A DNA stretch of 64,000 nt from a phage, in the sequence record PZ445439.1; one strand, 5' to 3'. Positions 1 through 10,992 of the stretch are shown here, piece after piece. Each line of letters opens with the position of its first letter. Position 1 is the stretch's first letter. The notes below the pieces were generated by a model. That model was not told the DNA's origin. It did not search any database and saw only the letters and a list, made by a program, of their open reading frames with translations. Made by a program: the position numbers and the translations under genes.

Positions 1-32
1 AATATATTAAAGCATATTAAAGAGGATTAAAA

Positions 33-2012
33 ATGACTTTATTATCTCCGGGCATTGAGCTCAAAGAAACCACGGTTCAAAGCACCGTGGTTAATAACTC
101 TACTGGTACAGCAGCTTTGGCCGGTAAATTCCAGTGGGGTCCTGCTTTTCAAATTAAACAGGTTACAAACGAAGTAGATTTAGTTAATACTTTTGGTCAA
201 CCTACGGCTGAAACAGCTGATTACTTTATGTCTGCGATGAATTTCTTGCAGTACGGAAATGATTTACGAGTTGTTCGTGCTGTCGATAGAGATACCGCTA
301 AAAACTCATCTCCGATTGCTGGTAATATTGAATACACGATTTCTACCCCAGGTAGTAACTATGCAGTTGGAGATAAAATCAGTGTCAAGTATGTTTCAGA
401 AGATGTTGAAACAGAAGGTAAAATCACCGAAGTAGATGCTGATGGAAAAATCAAGAAAATTAGTATTCCTACTGCAAAAATTATCGCTAAAGCGAAAGAA
501 GTCGGTGAATATCCGGAATTAGGTTCTAACTGGACCGCTGAAATTTCTTCATCTTCCTCTGGTTTAGCTGCAGTAATAACTCTTGGAAAAATTATTACTG
601 ATTCTGGTATTTTATTAGCTGAAATTGAAAATGCTGAAACTGCTATAACAGCTGTTGATTTTCAGACAAATCTTAAAAAATATGGAATTCCGGGAGTAGT
701 AGCTCTTTATCCAGGCGAATTAGGCGATAAAATCGAAATCGAAATCGTATCTAAAGCTGACTACGCGAAAGGCGCTTCTGCATTACTCCCAATTTATCCA
801 GGTGGTGGTACTCGTGCATCTACTGCTAAGGCAGTGTTTGGATATGGACCGCAGACTGACTCACAGTACGCTATTATAGTTCGTCGAAATGATGCTATTG
901 TTCAAAGCATTGTTCTTTCAACTAAGCGCGGTGAAAAAGATATTTACGATAGTAACATCTATATCGATGACTTTTTCGCAAAAGGTGGTTCAGAATATAT
1001 TTTTGCAACTGCACAAAACTGGCCAGAAGGATTCTCTGGAATTTTAACTCTGTCTGGTGGGTTATCATCAAATGCTGAAGTAACAGCAGGAGATTTGATG
1101 GAAGCATGGGACTTCTTTGCTGACCGTGAATCTGTAGATGTTCAGTTGTTTATTGCTGGTTCTTGTGCCGGTGAATCTCTTGAAACAGCATCTACTGTCC
1201 AAAAACATGTTGTTTCAATTGGTGATGCTCGTCAAGATTGCTTAGTATTGTGCTCTCCTCCACGTGAAACTGTAGTTGGAATTCCTGTAACTCGTGCAGT
1301 AGATAATTTAGTTAACTGGAGAACTGCCGCAGGTTCATATACTGATAATAACTTTAATATCAGTTCAACCTATGCAGCAATTGATGGTAACTACAAATAT
1401 CAGTATGACAAATATAATGATGTGAATCGTTGGGTTCCATTAGCAGCTGATATTGCTGGATTGTGCGCAAGAACTGATAATGTTTCTCAAACTTGGATGT
1501 CACCAGCTGGTTATAACCGTGGTCAAATTCTGAACGTTATTAAACTTGCTATTGAAACTCGCCAAGCTCAGCGTGACCGCTTATATCAAGAAGCTATTAA
1601 CCCTGTAACTGGTACCGGTGGTGATGGTTACGTATTGTATGGTGATAAAACAGCTACTTCTGTTCCTTCTCCGTTTGATCGTATTAACGTTCGCCGTCTG
1701 TTTAATATGTTGAAAACGAATATCGGACGCAGTTCAAAATATCGTTTATTCGAATTGAACAACGCATTTACTCGTTCTTCATTCCGTACAGAAACTGCTC
1801 AGTACCTGCAAGGAATTAAAGCTCTTGGCGGAATTTATGAATATCGTGTAGTTTGCGATACAACAAATAACACTCCGTCAGTAATTGATAGAAATGAGTT
1901 TGTTGCAACATTCTACATCCAACCGGCTAGAAGCATTAACTACATTACCTTGAACTTCGTAGCAACTGCTACTGGTGCAGATTTCGATGAGTTAACTGGT
2001 CTTGCTGGTTAA
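33..2012 (+). CDS. 18: Tail sheath protein gp18 (659 aa)
   Basis: ORF track; length and N-terminal sequence match recalled T4 gp18; AGAGGA Shine-Dalgarno upstream; followed by gene 19. Confidence 0.95.
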   Translation: MTLLSPGIELKETTVQSTVVNNSTGTAALAGKFQWGPAFQIKQVTNEVDLVNTFGQPTAETADYFMSAMNFLQYGNDLRVVRAVDRDTAKNSSPIAGNIEYTISTPGSNYAVGDKISVKYVSEDVETEGKITEVDADGKIKKISIPTAKIIAKAKEVGEYPELGSNWTAEISSSSSGLAAVITLGKIITDSGILLAEIENAETAITAVDFQTNLKKYGIPGVVALYPGELGDKIEIEIVSKADYAKGASALLPIYPGGGTRASTAKAVFGYGPQTDSQYAIIVRRNDAIVQSIVLSTKRGEKDIYDSNIYIDDFFAKGGSEYIFATAQNWPEGFSGILTLSGGLSSNAEVTAGDLMEAWDFFADRESVDVQLFIAGSCAGESLETASTVQKHVVSIGDARQDCLVLCSPPRETVVGIPVTRAVDNLVNWRTAAGSYTDNNFNISSTYAAIDGNYKYQYDKYNDVNRWVPLAADIAGLCARTDNVSQTWMSPAGYNRGQILNVIKLAIETRQAQRDRLYQEAINPVTGTGGDGYVLYGDKTATSVPSPFDRINVRRLFNMLKTNIGRSSKYRLFELNNAFTRSSFRTETAQYLQGIKALGGIYEYRVVCDTTNNTPSVIDRNEFVATFYIQPARSINYITLNFVATATGADFDELTGLAG

Positions 2013-2028
2013 TACGGTGCATTCTAAA

Positions 2029-2046
2029 GGCCTGTTTCGGCAGGCC
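2029..2046 (+). other. GC-rich stem-loop with UUCG loop after gene 18 (no T-run; overlaps late promoter region)
   Basis: ggcctgt-ttcg-gcaggcc inverted repeat. Confidence 0.45.
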
Positions 2047-2047
2047 A

Positions 2048-2055
2048 TATAAATA
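2048..2055 (+). promoter_or_regulatory. T4-type late promoter TATAAATA (distal, gene 19)
   Basis: Exact TATAAATA in intergenic region. Confidence 0.6.
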
Positions 2056-2106
2056 CACTATATCCTTAATTCTTTAATTCTATATGCCCTAGGTTAAACA
2101 TAGGGA

Positions 2107-2114
2107 TATAAATA
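2107..2114 (+). promoter_or_regulatory. T4-type late promoter TATAAATA (proximal, gene 19)
   Basis: Exact TATAAATA 15 nt upstream of gene 19 ATG. Confidence 0.7.
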
Positions 2115-2128
2115 CTACAGAGGCTAAT

Positions 2129-2620
2129 ATGTTTGTAGATGATGTAACACGAGCGTTTGAATCTGGTGATTTTGCGCGACCTAACTTATTCCAAGTAGAG
2201 ATTTCTTATCTTGGCCAAAATTTTACGTTCCAATGTAAAGCTACTGCTTTACCAGCTGGTATTGTAGAAAAAATTCCAGTCGGATTTATGAACCGTAAAA
2301 TTAACGTAGCAGGCGATCGTACATTCGATGACTGGACTGTTACAGTAATGAATGATGAAGCTCATGATGCTCGTCAGAAATTCGTTGATTGGCAAAGCAT
2401 TGCTGCTGGGCAAGGAAACGAAATTACTGGTGGAAAGCCTGCAGAGTATAAAAAGAGCGCTATTGTTCGCCAATATGCTCGTGACGCTAAAACAGTAACA
2501 AAAGAAATTGAAATTAAAGGCTTGTGGCCTACTAACGTGGGTGAACTTCAATTAGATTGGGATTCAAACAATGAAATCCAAACCTTTGAAGTAACTCTCG
2601 CTCTCGATTATTGGGAATAA
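2129..2620 (+). CDS. 19: Tail tube protein gp19 (163 aa)
   Basis: ORF track; T4 gp19 size and synteny; two TATAAATA late promoters upstream. Confidence 0.93.
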   Translation: MFVDDVTRAFESGDFARPNLFQVEISYLGQNFTFQCKATALPAGIVEKIPVGFMNRKINVAGDRTFDDWTVTVMNDEAHDARQKFVDWQSIAAGQGNEITGGKPAEYKKSAIVRQYARDAKTVTKEIEIKGLWPTNVGELQLDWDSNNEIQTFEVTLALDYWE

Positions 2621-2626
2621 AATGAA

Positions 2627-2642
2627 TGGGGAGAAATCCCCA
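2627..2642 (+). other. Stem-loop with GAAA loop after gene 19
   Basis: tgggga-gaaa-tcccca. Confidence 0.4.
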
Positions 2643-2652
2643 TCCTGCTTAA

Positions 2653-4277
<1,625 letters not shown>

Positions 4278-4278
<1 letters not shown>

Positions 4279-4526
4279 TGGAAGGTTTAATTGAAGCTAT
4301 TAAATCAAACGACCTCGTAGCCGCTCGTAAATTCTTTGCTGAAGCCATGGCTGCAAGAACGATTGATTTAATTAAAGAAGAAAAAATCGCTATCGCTCGT
4401 AATTTCTTAATCGAAGGTGAAGAACCTGATGATGAGGATGACGAAGACGAGGATGATGACGAAGATAGCGATGATAAAGACAACAAAAAAGACAAAGACT
4501 CTGACGAAGACGAGGATGATGAATAA
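4278..4526 (+). CDS. 67: Prohead core protein gp67 with acidic D/E-rich C-terminus
   Basis: ORF track; TAATG overlap with gene 20 stop; size and synteny as T4 gene 67. Confidence 0.85.
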
Positions 4527-4951
4527 TGCTTCTGATCCCTGAAACTCATGAATTAGTTCTCGAGAATGTCGAAGCACTTATTCCTGAAGCACAGGGTCGC
4601 TTTGACGAATTGTCTTCTGCTTTAAATAAAGACGATATAAATACAATTATCGAGAATATGCTTGATGATGAAACTGATTTAGCAATTGCATTAGCTTCTA
4701 TTAATGAAGATATGCCGCTAAATGAATTCATCGTTAAACATGTTTCAGCTCGTGGTGAAATTACACGTACTAAAGACCGCAAGACGCGTGAACGTAATGC
4801 ATTTCAAACCACCGGGCTGTCTAAAGCAAAACGTAGACAAATTGCTCGCAAAGCTACCAAAACGAAGATTGCCAATCCAGCAGGTCAATCTCGTGCTCAG
4901 CGTAAGCGTAAAAAAGCTCTTAAACGCCGTAAAGCATTAGGATTAAGCTAA
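4526..4951 (+). CDS. 68: Prohead core protein gp68
   Basis: ORF track; synteny between 67 and 21; basic C-terminus. Confidence 0.8.
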   Translation: MLLIPETHELVLENVEALIPEAQGRFDELSSALNKDDINTIIENMLDDETDLAIALASINEDMPLNEFIVKHVSARGEITRTKDRKTRERNAFQTTGLSKAKRRQIARKATKTKIANPAGQSRAQRKRKKALKRRKALGLS

Positions 4952-5589
4952 TGAATGAACCCCAATTACTAATTGAAACTTGGGGTCAACCTGGCGAAAT
5001 TATTGATGGTGTGCCAATGCTTGAATCCCACGATGGAAAAGACTTAGGTTTAAAACCTGGTTTATACATCGAAGGAATATTCATGCAAGCGGAAGTCGTC
5101 AATAGAAATAAACGTCTTTATCCAAAACGCATATTAGAAAAAGCGGTAAAAGACTATATCAATGAGCAAGTTTTAACTAAACAAGCTCTCGGAGAATTAA
5201 ATCATCCTCCACGCGCTAATGTTGACCCGATGCAAGCCGCTATCATTATAGAAGATATGTGGTGGAAAGGAAATGACGTATACGGACGAGCTCGTGTTAT
5301 TGAAGGTGACCATGGTCCTGGAGATAAATTAGCAGCTAATATTCGTGCCGGATGGATTCCAGGAGTTTCTTCTCGTGGATTAGGTTCATTGACTGACACA
5401 AATAAAGGTTATCGTATCGTAAACGAAGGATTCAAATTAACTGTAGGTGTTGATGCAGTATGGGGTCCAAGTGCTCCAGATGCATGGGTAACTCCTAAGG
5501 AAATTACCGAATCACAGACGGCGGAAGCCGATACAAGTGCCGATGACGCCTATATGGCTCTCGCAGAGGCCATGAAAAAAGCGTTATAA
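4951..5589 (+). CDS. 21: Prohead core protease gp21 (212 aa)
   Basis: ORF track; T4 gp21 size and synteny. Confidence 0.92.
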   Translation: MNEPQLLIETWGQPGEIIDGVPMLESHDGKDLGLKPGLYIEGIFMQAEVVNRNKRLYPKRILEKAVKDYINEQVLTKQALGELNHPPRANVDPMQAAIIIEDMWWKGNDVYGRARVIEGDHGPGDKLAANIRAGWIPGVSSRGLGSLTDTNKGYRIVNEGFKLTVGVDAVWGPSAPDAWVTPKEITESQTAEADTSADDAYMALAEAMKKAL

Positions 5590-5592
5590 ATA
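5585..5592 (+). promoter_or_regulatory. Late promoter TATAAATA for gene 22
   Basis: Exact motif about 28 nt upstream of ATG. Confidence 0.7.
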
Positions 5593-5619
5593 TTATTATC
5601 TAAACAACAGGACTACAAA

Positions 5620-6429
5620 ATGCTTAAAGAACAACTGATTGCTGAAGCGCAAAAAATTGATGCTTCCGTTGCTCTTGATAGTATTTTCGAATCAGTTAAT
5701 ATTTCTCCGGAAGCAAAAGAAACTTTCGGCACTGTATTCGAAGCTACCGTCAAGCAGCACGCCGTTAAATTAGCTGAATCTCATATCGCTAAAATTGCTG
5801 AAAAAGCAGAAGAAGAAGTAGAAAAAAATAAAGAAGAAGCAGAAGAAAAAGCTGAGAAGAAAATCGCTGAGCAAGCTTCTAAATTCCTTGACCATCTTGC
5901 GAAAGAATGGCTCGCTGAAAATAAATTAGCAGTTGATAAAGGCATCAAAGCCGAACTGTTTGAATCCATGCTTGGTGGATTAAAAGAGCTCTTTGTTGAA
6001 CACAACGTTGTTGTTCCAGAAGAATCAGTTGATGTTGTAGCTGAAATGGAAGAAGAGCTGCAAGAACATAAAGAAGAATCAGCTCGTCTGTTCGAAGAAC
6101 TCAATAAGCGTGACGCATATATCAATTATGTGCAGCGTGAAGTGGCATTGAGCGAAAGTACTAAAGATCTGACTGAGTCTCAAAAAGAAAAAGTCTCTGC
6201 TCTGGTCGAAGGTATGGATTATTCAGATGAATTCTCAAATAAATTGAGTGCCATCGTAGAAATGGTGAAGAAATCTAATAAAGATGAAAGCACTATTACT
6301 GAGAGTATAAATACTCCTGATACTGAAGCAGCCGGACTGAATTTCGTCACTGAAGCTGTAGAAGATAAATCTGCATCTGGTGCAGAAGATATTGTAAGTG
6401 TATATGCGAAAGTCGCATCTCGTTTCTAA
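5620..6429 (+). CDS. 22: Prohead scaffolding core protein gp22 (269 aa)
   Basis: ORF track; E/K-rich coiled-coil composition; synteny; late promoter upstream. Confidence 0.92.
   Translation: MLKEQLIAEAQKIDASVALDSIFESVNISPEAKETFGTVFEATVKQHAVKLAESHIAKIAEKAEEEVEKNKEEAEEKAEKKIAEQASKFLDHLAKEWLAENKLAVDKGIKAELFESMLGGLKELFVEHNVVVPEESVDVVAEMEEELQEHKEESARLFEELNKRDAYINYVQREVALSESTKDLTESQKEKVSALVEGMDYSDEFSNKLSAIVEMVKKSNKDESTITESINTPDTEAAGLNFVTEAVEDKSASGAEDIVSVYAKVASRF
6306..6313 (+). promoter_or_regulatory. Late promoter TATAAATA for gene 23, inside the 3-prime end of gene 22
   Basis: Exact motif about 135 nt upstream of gene 23; T4 P23 is known to lie within gene 22. Confidence 0.6.
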
Positions 6430-6447
6430 TTTTAAAGGTTAACACAA

Positions 6448-8013
6448 ATGACTATCAAAACTAAAGCTGAACTTTTGAACAAATGGAAGCCATTACTGGA
6501 AGGTGAAGGTTTACCGGAAATTGCTAATAGCAAACAAGCGATTATCGCTAAAATCTTTGAAAACCAGGAAAAAGATTTCCAGACAGCTCCGGAATATAAA
6601 GACGAAAAAATTGCCCAGGCATTTGGTTCTTTCTTAACAGAAGCTGAAATCGGTGGTGACCACGGTTACAATGCTACTAACATCGCTGCAGGTCAGACTT
6701 CTGGCGCAGTAACTCAGATTGGCCCAGCTGTTATGGGTATGGTACGTCGTGCTATTCCTAACCTGATTGCTTTCGATATTTGCGGTGTTCAGCCGATGAG
6801 CAGCCCAACCGGTCAGGTATTCGCACTCCGCGCGGTATATGGTAAAGACCCAATCGCTGCCGGTGCTAAAGAAGCATTCCACCCAATGTATGGTCCAGAT
6901 GCAATGTTCTCTGGTCAAGGTGCTGCTAAGAAATTCCCAGCTCTGGCTGCTAGCACACAAACCACAGTAGGTGATATCTATACCCACTTCTTCCAGGAAA
7001 CTGGTACCGTATATCTGCAAGCTTCTGCTCAGGTAACAATCGATGCTAGTGCATCTGACGCAGCTAAATTGGATGCTGAAATCAAGAAACAAATGGAAGC
7101 TGGTGTACTGGTAGAAATCGCTGAAGGTATGGCTACTTCTATCGCTGAACTTCAGGAAGGTTTCAATGGTTCTACCGATAACCCATGGAATGAAATGGGC
7201 TTCCGCATCGATAAACAAGTTATCGAAGCTAAATCTCGCCAGCTGAAAGCTGCTTACTCTATCGAATTAGCACAGGACCTCCGCGCTGTTCATGGTATGG
7301 ATGCTGATGCTGAACTGTCTGGTATTCTGGCTACAGAAATTATGCTGGAAATCAACCGTGAAGTTGTTGATTGGATTAACTACTCCGCACAGGTTGGTAA
7401 ATCTGGTATGACCCTGACTCCGGGTTCTAAAGCTGGTGTATTTGACTTCCAGGATCCGATTGATATTCGTGGTGCTCGCTGGGCGGGTGAATCCTTTAAA
7501 GCTCTGTTGTTCCAGATTGATAAAGAAGCAGTTGAAATTGCTCGTCAAACCGGTCGCGGCGAAGGTAACTTCATTATCGCTTCCCGTAACGTAGTTAACG
7601 TTCTGGCTTCAGTTGATACCGGCATTTCTTATGCTGCACAAGGTCTGGCTACCGGCTTTAACACTGATACTACCAAGTCAGTATTTGCTGGCGTTCTGGG
7701 TGGTAAATACCGTGTATATATCGACCAGTATGCTAAACAGGATTATTTCACTGTAGGTTATAAAGGTCCGAACGAAATGGATGCTGGTATTTACTATGCT
7801 CCATATGTAGCTCTGACTCCGCTGCGTGGTTCCGATCCGAAGAACTTCCAACCAGTAATGGGATTCAAAACTCGTTACGGTATCGGTATCAACCCATTCG
7901 CAGAATCCGCTGCTCAGGCTCCGGCTTCTCGCATCCAGAGCGGTATGCCTTCTATTCTGAATAGCCTTGGTAAAAACGCTTACTTCCGCCGTGTATATGT
8001 TAAAGGTATCTAA
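6448..8013 (+). CDS. 23: Major capsid protein gp23 (521 aa)
   Basis: ORF track; sequence recognisable as T4 gp23; followed by strong terminator. Confidence 0.97.
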   Translation: MTIKTKAELLNKWKPLLEGEGLPEIANSKQAIIAKIFENQEKDFQTAPEYKDEKIAQAFGSFLTEAEIGGDHGYNATNIAAGQTSGAVTQIGPAVMGMVRRAIPNLIAFDICGVQPMSSPTGQVFALRAVYGKDPIAAGAKEAFHPMYGPDAMFSGQGAAKKFPALAASTQTTVGDIYTHFFQETGTVYLQASAQVTIDASASDAAKLDAEIKKQMEAGVLVEIAEGMATSIAELQEGFNGSTDNPWNEMGFRIDKQVIEAKSRQLKAAYSIELAQDLRAVHGMDADAELSGILATEIMLEINREVVDWINYSAQVGKSGMTLTPGSKAGVFDFQDPIDIRGARWAGESFKALLFQIDKEAVEIARQTGRGEGNFIIASRNVVNVLASVDTGISYAAQGLATGFNTDTTKSVFAGVLGGKYRVYIDQYAKQDYFTVGYKGPNEMDAGIYYAPYVALTPLRGSDPKNFQPVMGFKTRYGIGINPFAESAAQAPASRIQSGMPSILNSLGKNAYFRRVYVKGI

Positions 8014-8028
8014 TCTTTGACGATTTAA

Positions 8029-8050
8029 GGGACCTTCGGGTCCCTTTAGT
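8029..8050 (+). terminator. Rho-independent terminator after gene 23
   Basis: gggacc-ttcg-ggtccc stem-loop followed by T-rich tract. Confidence 0.8.
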
Positions 8051-8061
8051 TGTTTTTATGG

Positions 8062-8069
8062 TATAAATA
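8062..8069 (+). promoter_or_regulatory. Late promoter TATAAATA for gene 24
   Basis: Exact motif about 28 nt upstream of ATG. Confidence 0.7.
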
Positions 8070-8096
8070 AATCATATAAACCAAAAGGAAAGCGCA

Positions 8097-9380
8097 ATGG
8101 CTAAAATCAACGAACTTCTGCGCGAATCAACCACAACGAATAGCAACTCAATCGGTCGCCCAAATCTCGTTGCTTTGACTCGCGCTACCACTAAATTAAT
8201 ATATTCTGACATTGTAGCAACGCAAAGAACTAATCAACCTGTTGCTGCTTTTTATGGTATCAAATACCTTAACCCAGATAATGAATTTACATTTAAAACT
8301 GGTGCTACTTACGCTGGCGAAGCTGGATACGTAGACCGAGAACAAATCACAGAATTAACAGAAGAGTCTAAATTAACTCTCAATAAAGGCGATTTATTCA
8401 AATATAATAATATCGTTTATAAAGTATTAGAAGATACACCATTTGCTGATATTGAAGAAAGTGATTTAGAATTAGCTCTTCAGATTGCAATTGTTCTTTT
8501 AAAGGTTCGTCTATTTTCTGATGCAGCGTCAACAAGCAAATTTGAAAGCTCTGATAGCGAAATTGCAGATGCTAGATTCCAGATTAATAAATGGCAAACC
8601 GCCGTTAAATCTCGTAAACTTAAAACTGGCATCACAGTTGAATTGGCTCAAGATTTAGAAGCAAATGGATTCGATGCTCCTAATTTCTTAGAAGATTTGC
8701 TTGCAACCGAAATGGCGGATGAAATCAATAAAGATATTTTACAATCTTTGATTACCGTATCAAAACGCTACAAAGTTACAGGAATCACTGACACTGGATT
8801 TATTGATTTGAGTTATGCATCTGCTCCTGAAGCAGGTCGTTCATTATACCGAATGGTATGTGAAATGGTTTCACATATCCAAAAAGAATCAACTTACACA
8901 GCAACATTCTGTGTAGCTTCAGCTCGTGCCGCCGCGATTCTTGCTGCATCAGGTTGGTTAAAACATAAACCAGAAGATGACAAATATCTTTCACAAAATG
9001 CCTACGGGTTCTTAGCTAATGGCTTACCGCTTTATTGTGATACTAACAGCCCATTAGACTATGTAATCGTTGGTGTAGTAGAAAATATCGGTGAAAAAGA
9101 AATTGTTGGTTCAATTTTCTATGCTCCATACACGGAAGGTCTTGACTTAGATGACCCTGAACATGTAGGTGCATTTAAAGTTGTAGTTGATCCAGAAAGC
9201 TTGCAACCATCTATCGGTTTATTAGTTAGATATGCTTTATCAGCAAATCCTTATACCGTAGCAAAAGATGAAAAAGAAGCAAGAATAATTGATGGTGGAG
9301 ACATGGATAAAATGGCGGGTCGTTCAGATTTGTCTGTTTTATTAGGTGTTAAGCTACCAAAAATTATCGTTGATGAATAA
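8097..9380 (+). CDS. 24: Capsid vertex protein gp24 (427 aa)
   Basis: ORF track; T4 gp24 size and synteny; late promoter upstream. Confidence 0.93.
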   Translation: MAKINELLRESTTTNSNSIGRPNLVALTRATTKLIYSDIVATQRTNQPVAAFYGIKYLNPDNEFTFKTGATYAGEAGYVDREQITELTEESKLTLNKGDLFKYNNIVYKVLEDTPFADIEESDLELALQIAIVLLKVRLFSDAASTSKFESSDSEIADARFQINKWQTAVKSRKLKTGITVELAQDLEANGFDAPNFLEDLLATEMADEINKDILQSLITVSKRYKVTGITDTGFIDLSYASAPEAGRSLYRMVCEMVSHIQKESTYTATFCVASARAAAILAASGWLKHKPEDDKYLSQNAYGFLANGLPLYCDTNSPLDYVIVGVVENIGEKEIVGSIFYAPYTEGLDLDDPEHVGAFKVVVDPESLQPSIGLLVRYALSANPYTVAKDEKEARIIDGGDMDKMAGRSDLSVLLGVKLPKIIVDE

Positions 9381-9386
9381 AACAAA

Positions 9387-9408
9387 GGGACCTTTCGGTC
9401 CCTTTTTA
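9387..9408. terminator. Bidirectional terminator between gene 24 (+) and rnlB (-)
   Basis: gggacc-tttc-ggtccc stem-loop flanked by A-run and T-run. Confidence 0.75.
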
Positions 9409-9409
9409 T

Positions 9410-10414
9410 TTAGCTCACCAACTCAATCCAAGCTGGACGAAGTACATCTTGTACCATTTTAACTAATTCCTTTTTAATCAAAGAAGGATTATCTGCTTGA
9501 GTTAGAGTAATACCTTCACGAGAAGTTTCTTCCAAAATATCTTGAACAGTTAGTCCCATCACCTTTCCAAAATCTTTAGGACCAATTTCACCAATTTTAG
9601 AAATAACGTTATTTACTCGGTTCAGTGTAACGTAGCAAGCTAAAATTCCCAGCAATTTATTATCAGCTTCTGATAGCTCAACTTTAGCTTTAATAGGCTT
9701 ATCAGACTTTTTCTTTTCACTAAATTTAGAGTTCTTGCATTTGATTGCTACACGATTGCCATTAGGCATCCAAGAAGGATAACAAGGTTTCAATACATAT
9801 CCTTCAGCGGTAAATACTTCGCCTTTTGCTTCAGCATTCCAAACGCATTTATTTGCATCAACTAATCCAGCATGGTCTACTGTAAAATTATAATCTTGGA
9901 CGACAGAATCTAAATCATTTGGCAATTTAATAAGCTCTTCAAATTTACCGCGACCTAAAAGTGGAGCCATTTTAAATTTGAATGTATTACAGAATGATTC
10001 CATCATATAATCATCGACATAAGTCACGTCACCACTTTCCGTAGTAACAATAATGTCAAATACATAAAAATCTTTATCGCCATAATCAACATTCTTCTGA
10101 ATGCCAGGCCCGGCGAATTCACCAAAGACTTGATAAGATACAACCGCTGAAGTTTCCATAATATCTTGCACTGCTTTAATGGAATCAGCGTAATTCTTTA
10201 AAATAATTTCATACCCAAAGAAATCTTCAGCAGGAAGAATAGGACCAGTACGTTTAGCGCAAGTTACTTTATCACGCTCAATAATCAACGAAAAGTTTGT
10301 TCCATGAATCTTTTCACGAGCTACCCATTCACCACCAGTCAATCCCAGGCTATAAAGTTTTTCAATGAATTTAGAATTGTAATGATTTTCAAGACTGCTA
10401 TACTTTTTAAACAT
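9410..10414 (-). CDS. rnlB: RNA ligase 2 (Rnl2, 334 aa)
   Basis: ORF track; near-identical to recalled T4 Rnl2 sequence; size 334 aa. Confidence 0.93.
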   Translation of the reverse strand: MFKKYSSLENHYNSKFIEKLYSLGLTGGEWVAREKIHGTNFSLIIERDKVTCAKRTGPILPAEDFFGYEIILKNYADSIKAVQDIMETSAVVSYQVFGEFAGPGIQKNVDYGDKDFYVFDIIVTTESGDVTYVDDYMMESFCNTFKFKMAPLLGRGKFEELIKLPNDLDSVVQDYNFTVDHAGLVDANKCVWNAEAKGEVFTAEGYVLKPCYPSWMPNGNRVAIKCKNSKFSEKKKSDKPIKAKVELSEADNKLLGILACYVTLNRVNNVISKIGEIGPKDFGKVMGLTVQDILEETSREGITLTQADNPSLIKKELVKMVQDVLRPAWIELVS

Positions 10415-10423
10415 AATTAATCC

Positions 10424-10702
10424 TCAAAATGTAATTTCTAACCAATCACCATCACGCTGATCACTATTAACTTTAAAGCTAAATCCTTCTTTTCTCAGCC
10501 AATCACCAATTTCTTCAGTAATCAATTTATCGCGAGCAGTACAATAATAACTAAAATATGTTTTACCTTGTTCAGCTGCTTTATTAGCAAGTTCCGAAAA
10601 ATCTTTAATAAAACACTCTAGTTTAAACTGTTTACTTTTAAGTGCTTTTTCGCGTAATTGATTAGCAAAAGATTCATTTTCATAAAGATCATACTGTTCC
10701 AT
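10424..10702 (-). CDS. Hypothetical protein (T4 24.2 position)
   Basis: ORF track; ATG start; synteny. Confidence 0.7.
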   Translation of the reverse strand: MEQYDLYENESFANQLREKALKSKQFKLECFIKDFSELANKAAEQGKTYFSYYCTARDKLITEEIGDWLRKEGFSFKVNSDQRDGDWLEITF

Positions 10703-10904
10703 TTTTCACCTTTTTATTAATGTGTCTTTTTCTATAGACAACTTTTTCTCGAGTTTCAAATCTATTCTTAGCAGTCATAGCTCGAGCCCATAATACAGCC
10801 ACTTCTTTCGCCTGTAAGTTCAATTCACGAGCAATTTCAATGAATGACTTTCCAGACTCATGAAGAGTAAACACCACAACCTCAGTTCTCATAATCAATC
10901 TCAT
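10689..10904 (-). CDS. Hypothetical small protein (T4 24.3 position)
   Basis: ORF track; ATG start; synteny. Confidence 0.65.
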   Translation of the reverse strand: MRLIMRTEVVVFTLHESGKSFIEIARELNLQAKEVAVLWARAMTAKNRFETREKVVYRKRHINKKVKNGTV

Positions 10905-10973
10905 GTTATCGAGTTGGTGCCATTATATACATCGTTTTCTGATTGTGTTTTGTGTGCTTTCAAAATGAAGAAA

Positions 10974-10987
10974 GGGGCCGAAGCCCC
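10974..10987 (-). terminator. Terminator after hoc (minus strand)
   Basis: ggggc-cgaa-gcccc stem-loop; on minus strand followed by TTTCTTCATTTT. Confidence 0.65.
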
Positions 10988-10992
10988 TACGA

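Noticed and set aside
6634-7218. 194-aa minus-strand ORF inside gene 23
   Set aside because: Lies entirely antisense within the major capsid gene; similar antisense ORFs at 922-1107, 2249-2551, 3502-3804, 5781-6125, 7267-7548 and elsewhere were rejected for the same reason.
8029-9408. Recurring gggacc...ggtccc hairpins as a possible CRISPR array
   Set aside because: Copies are kilobases apart, located at gene ends and followed by T-runs; they are terminators, not regularly spaced repeats with spacers.
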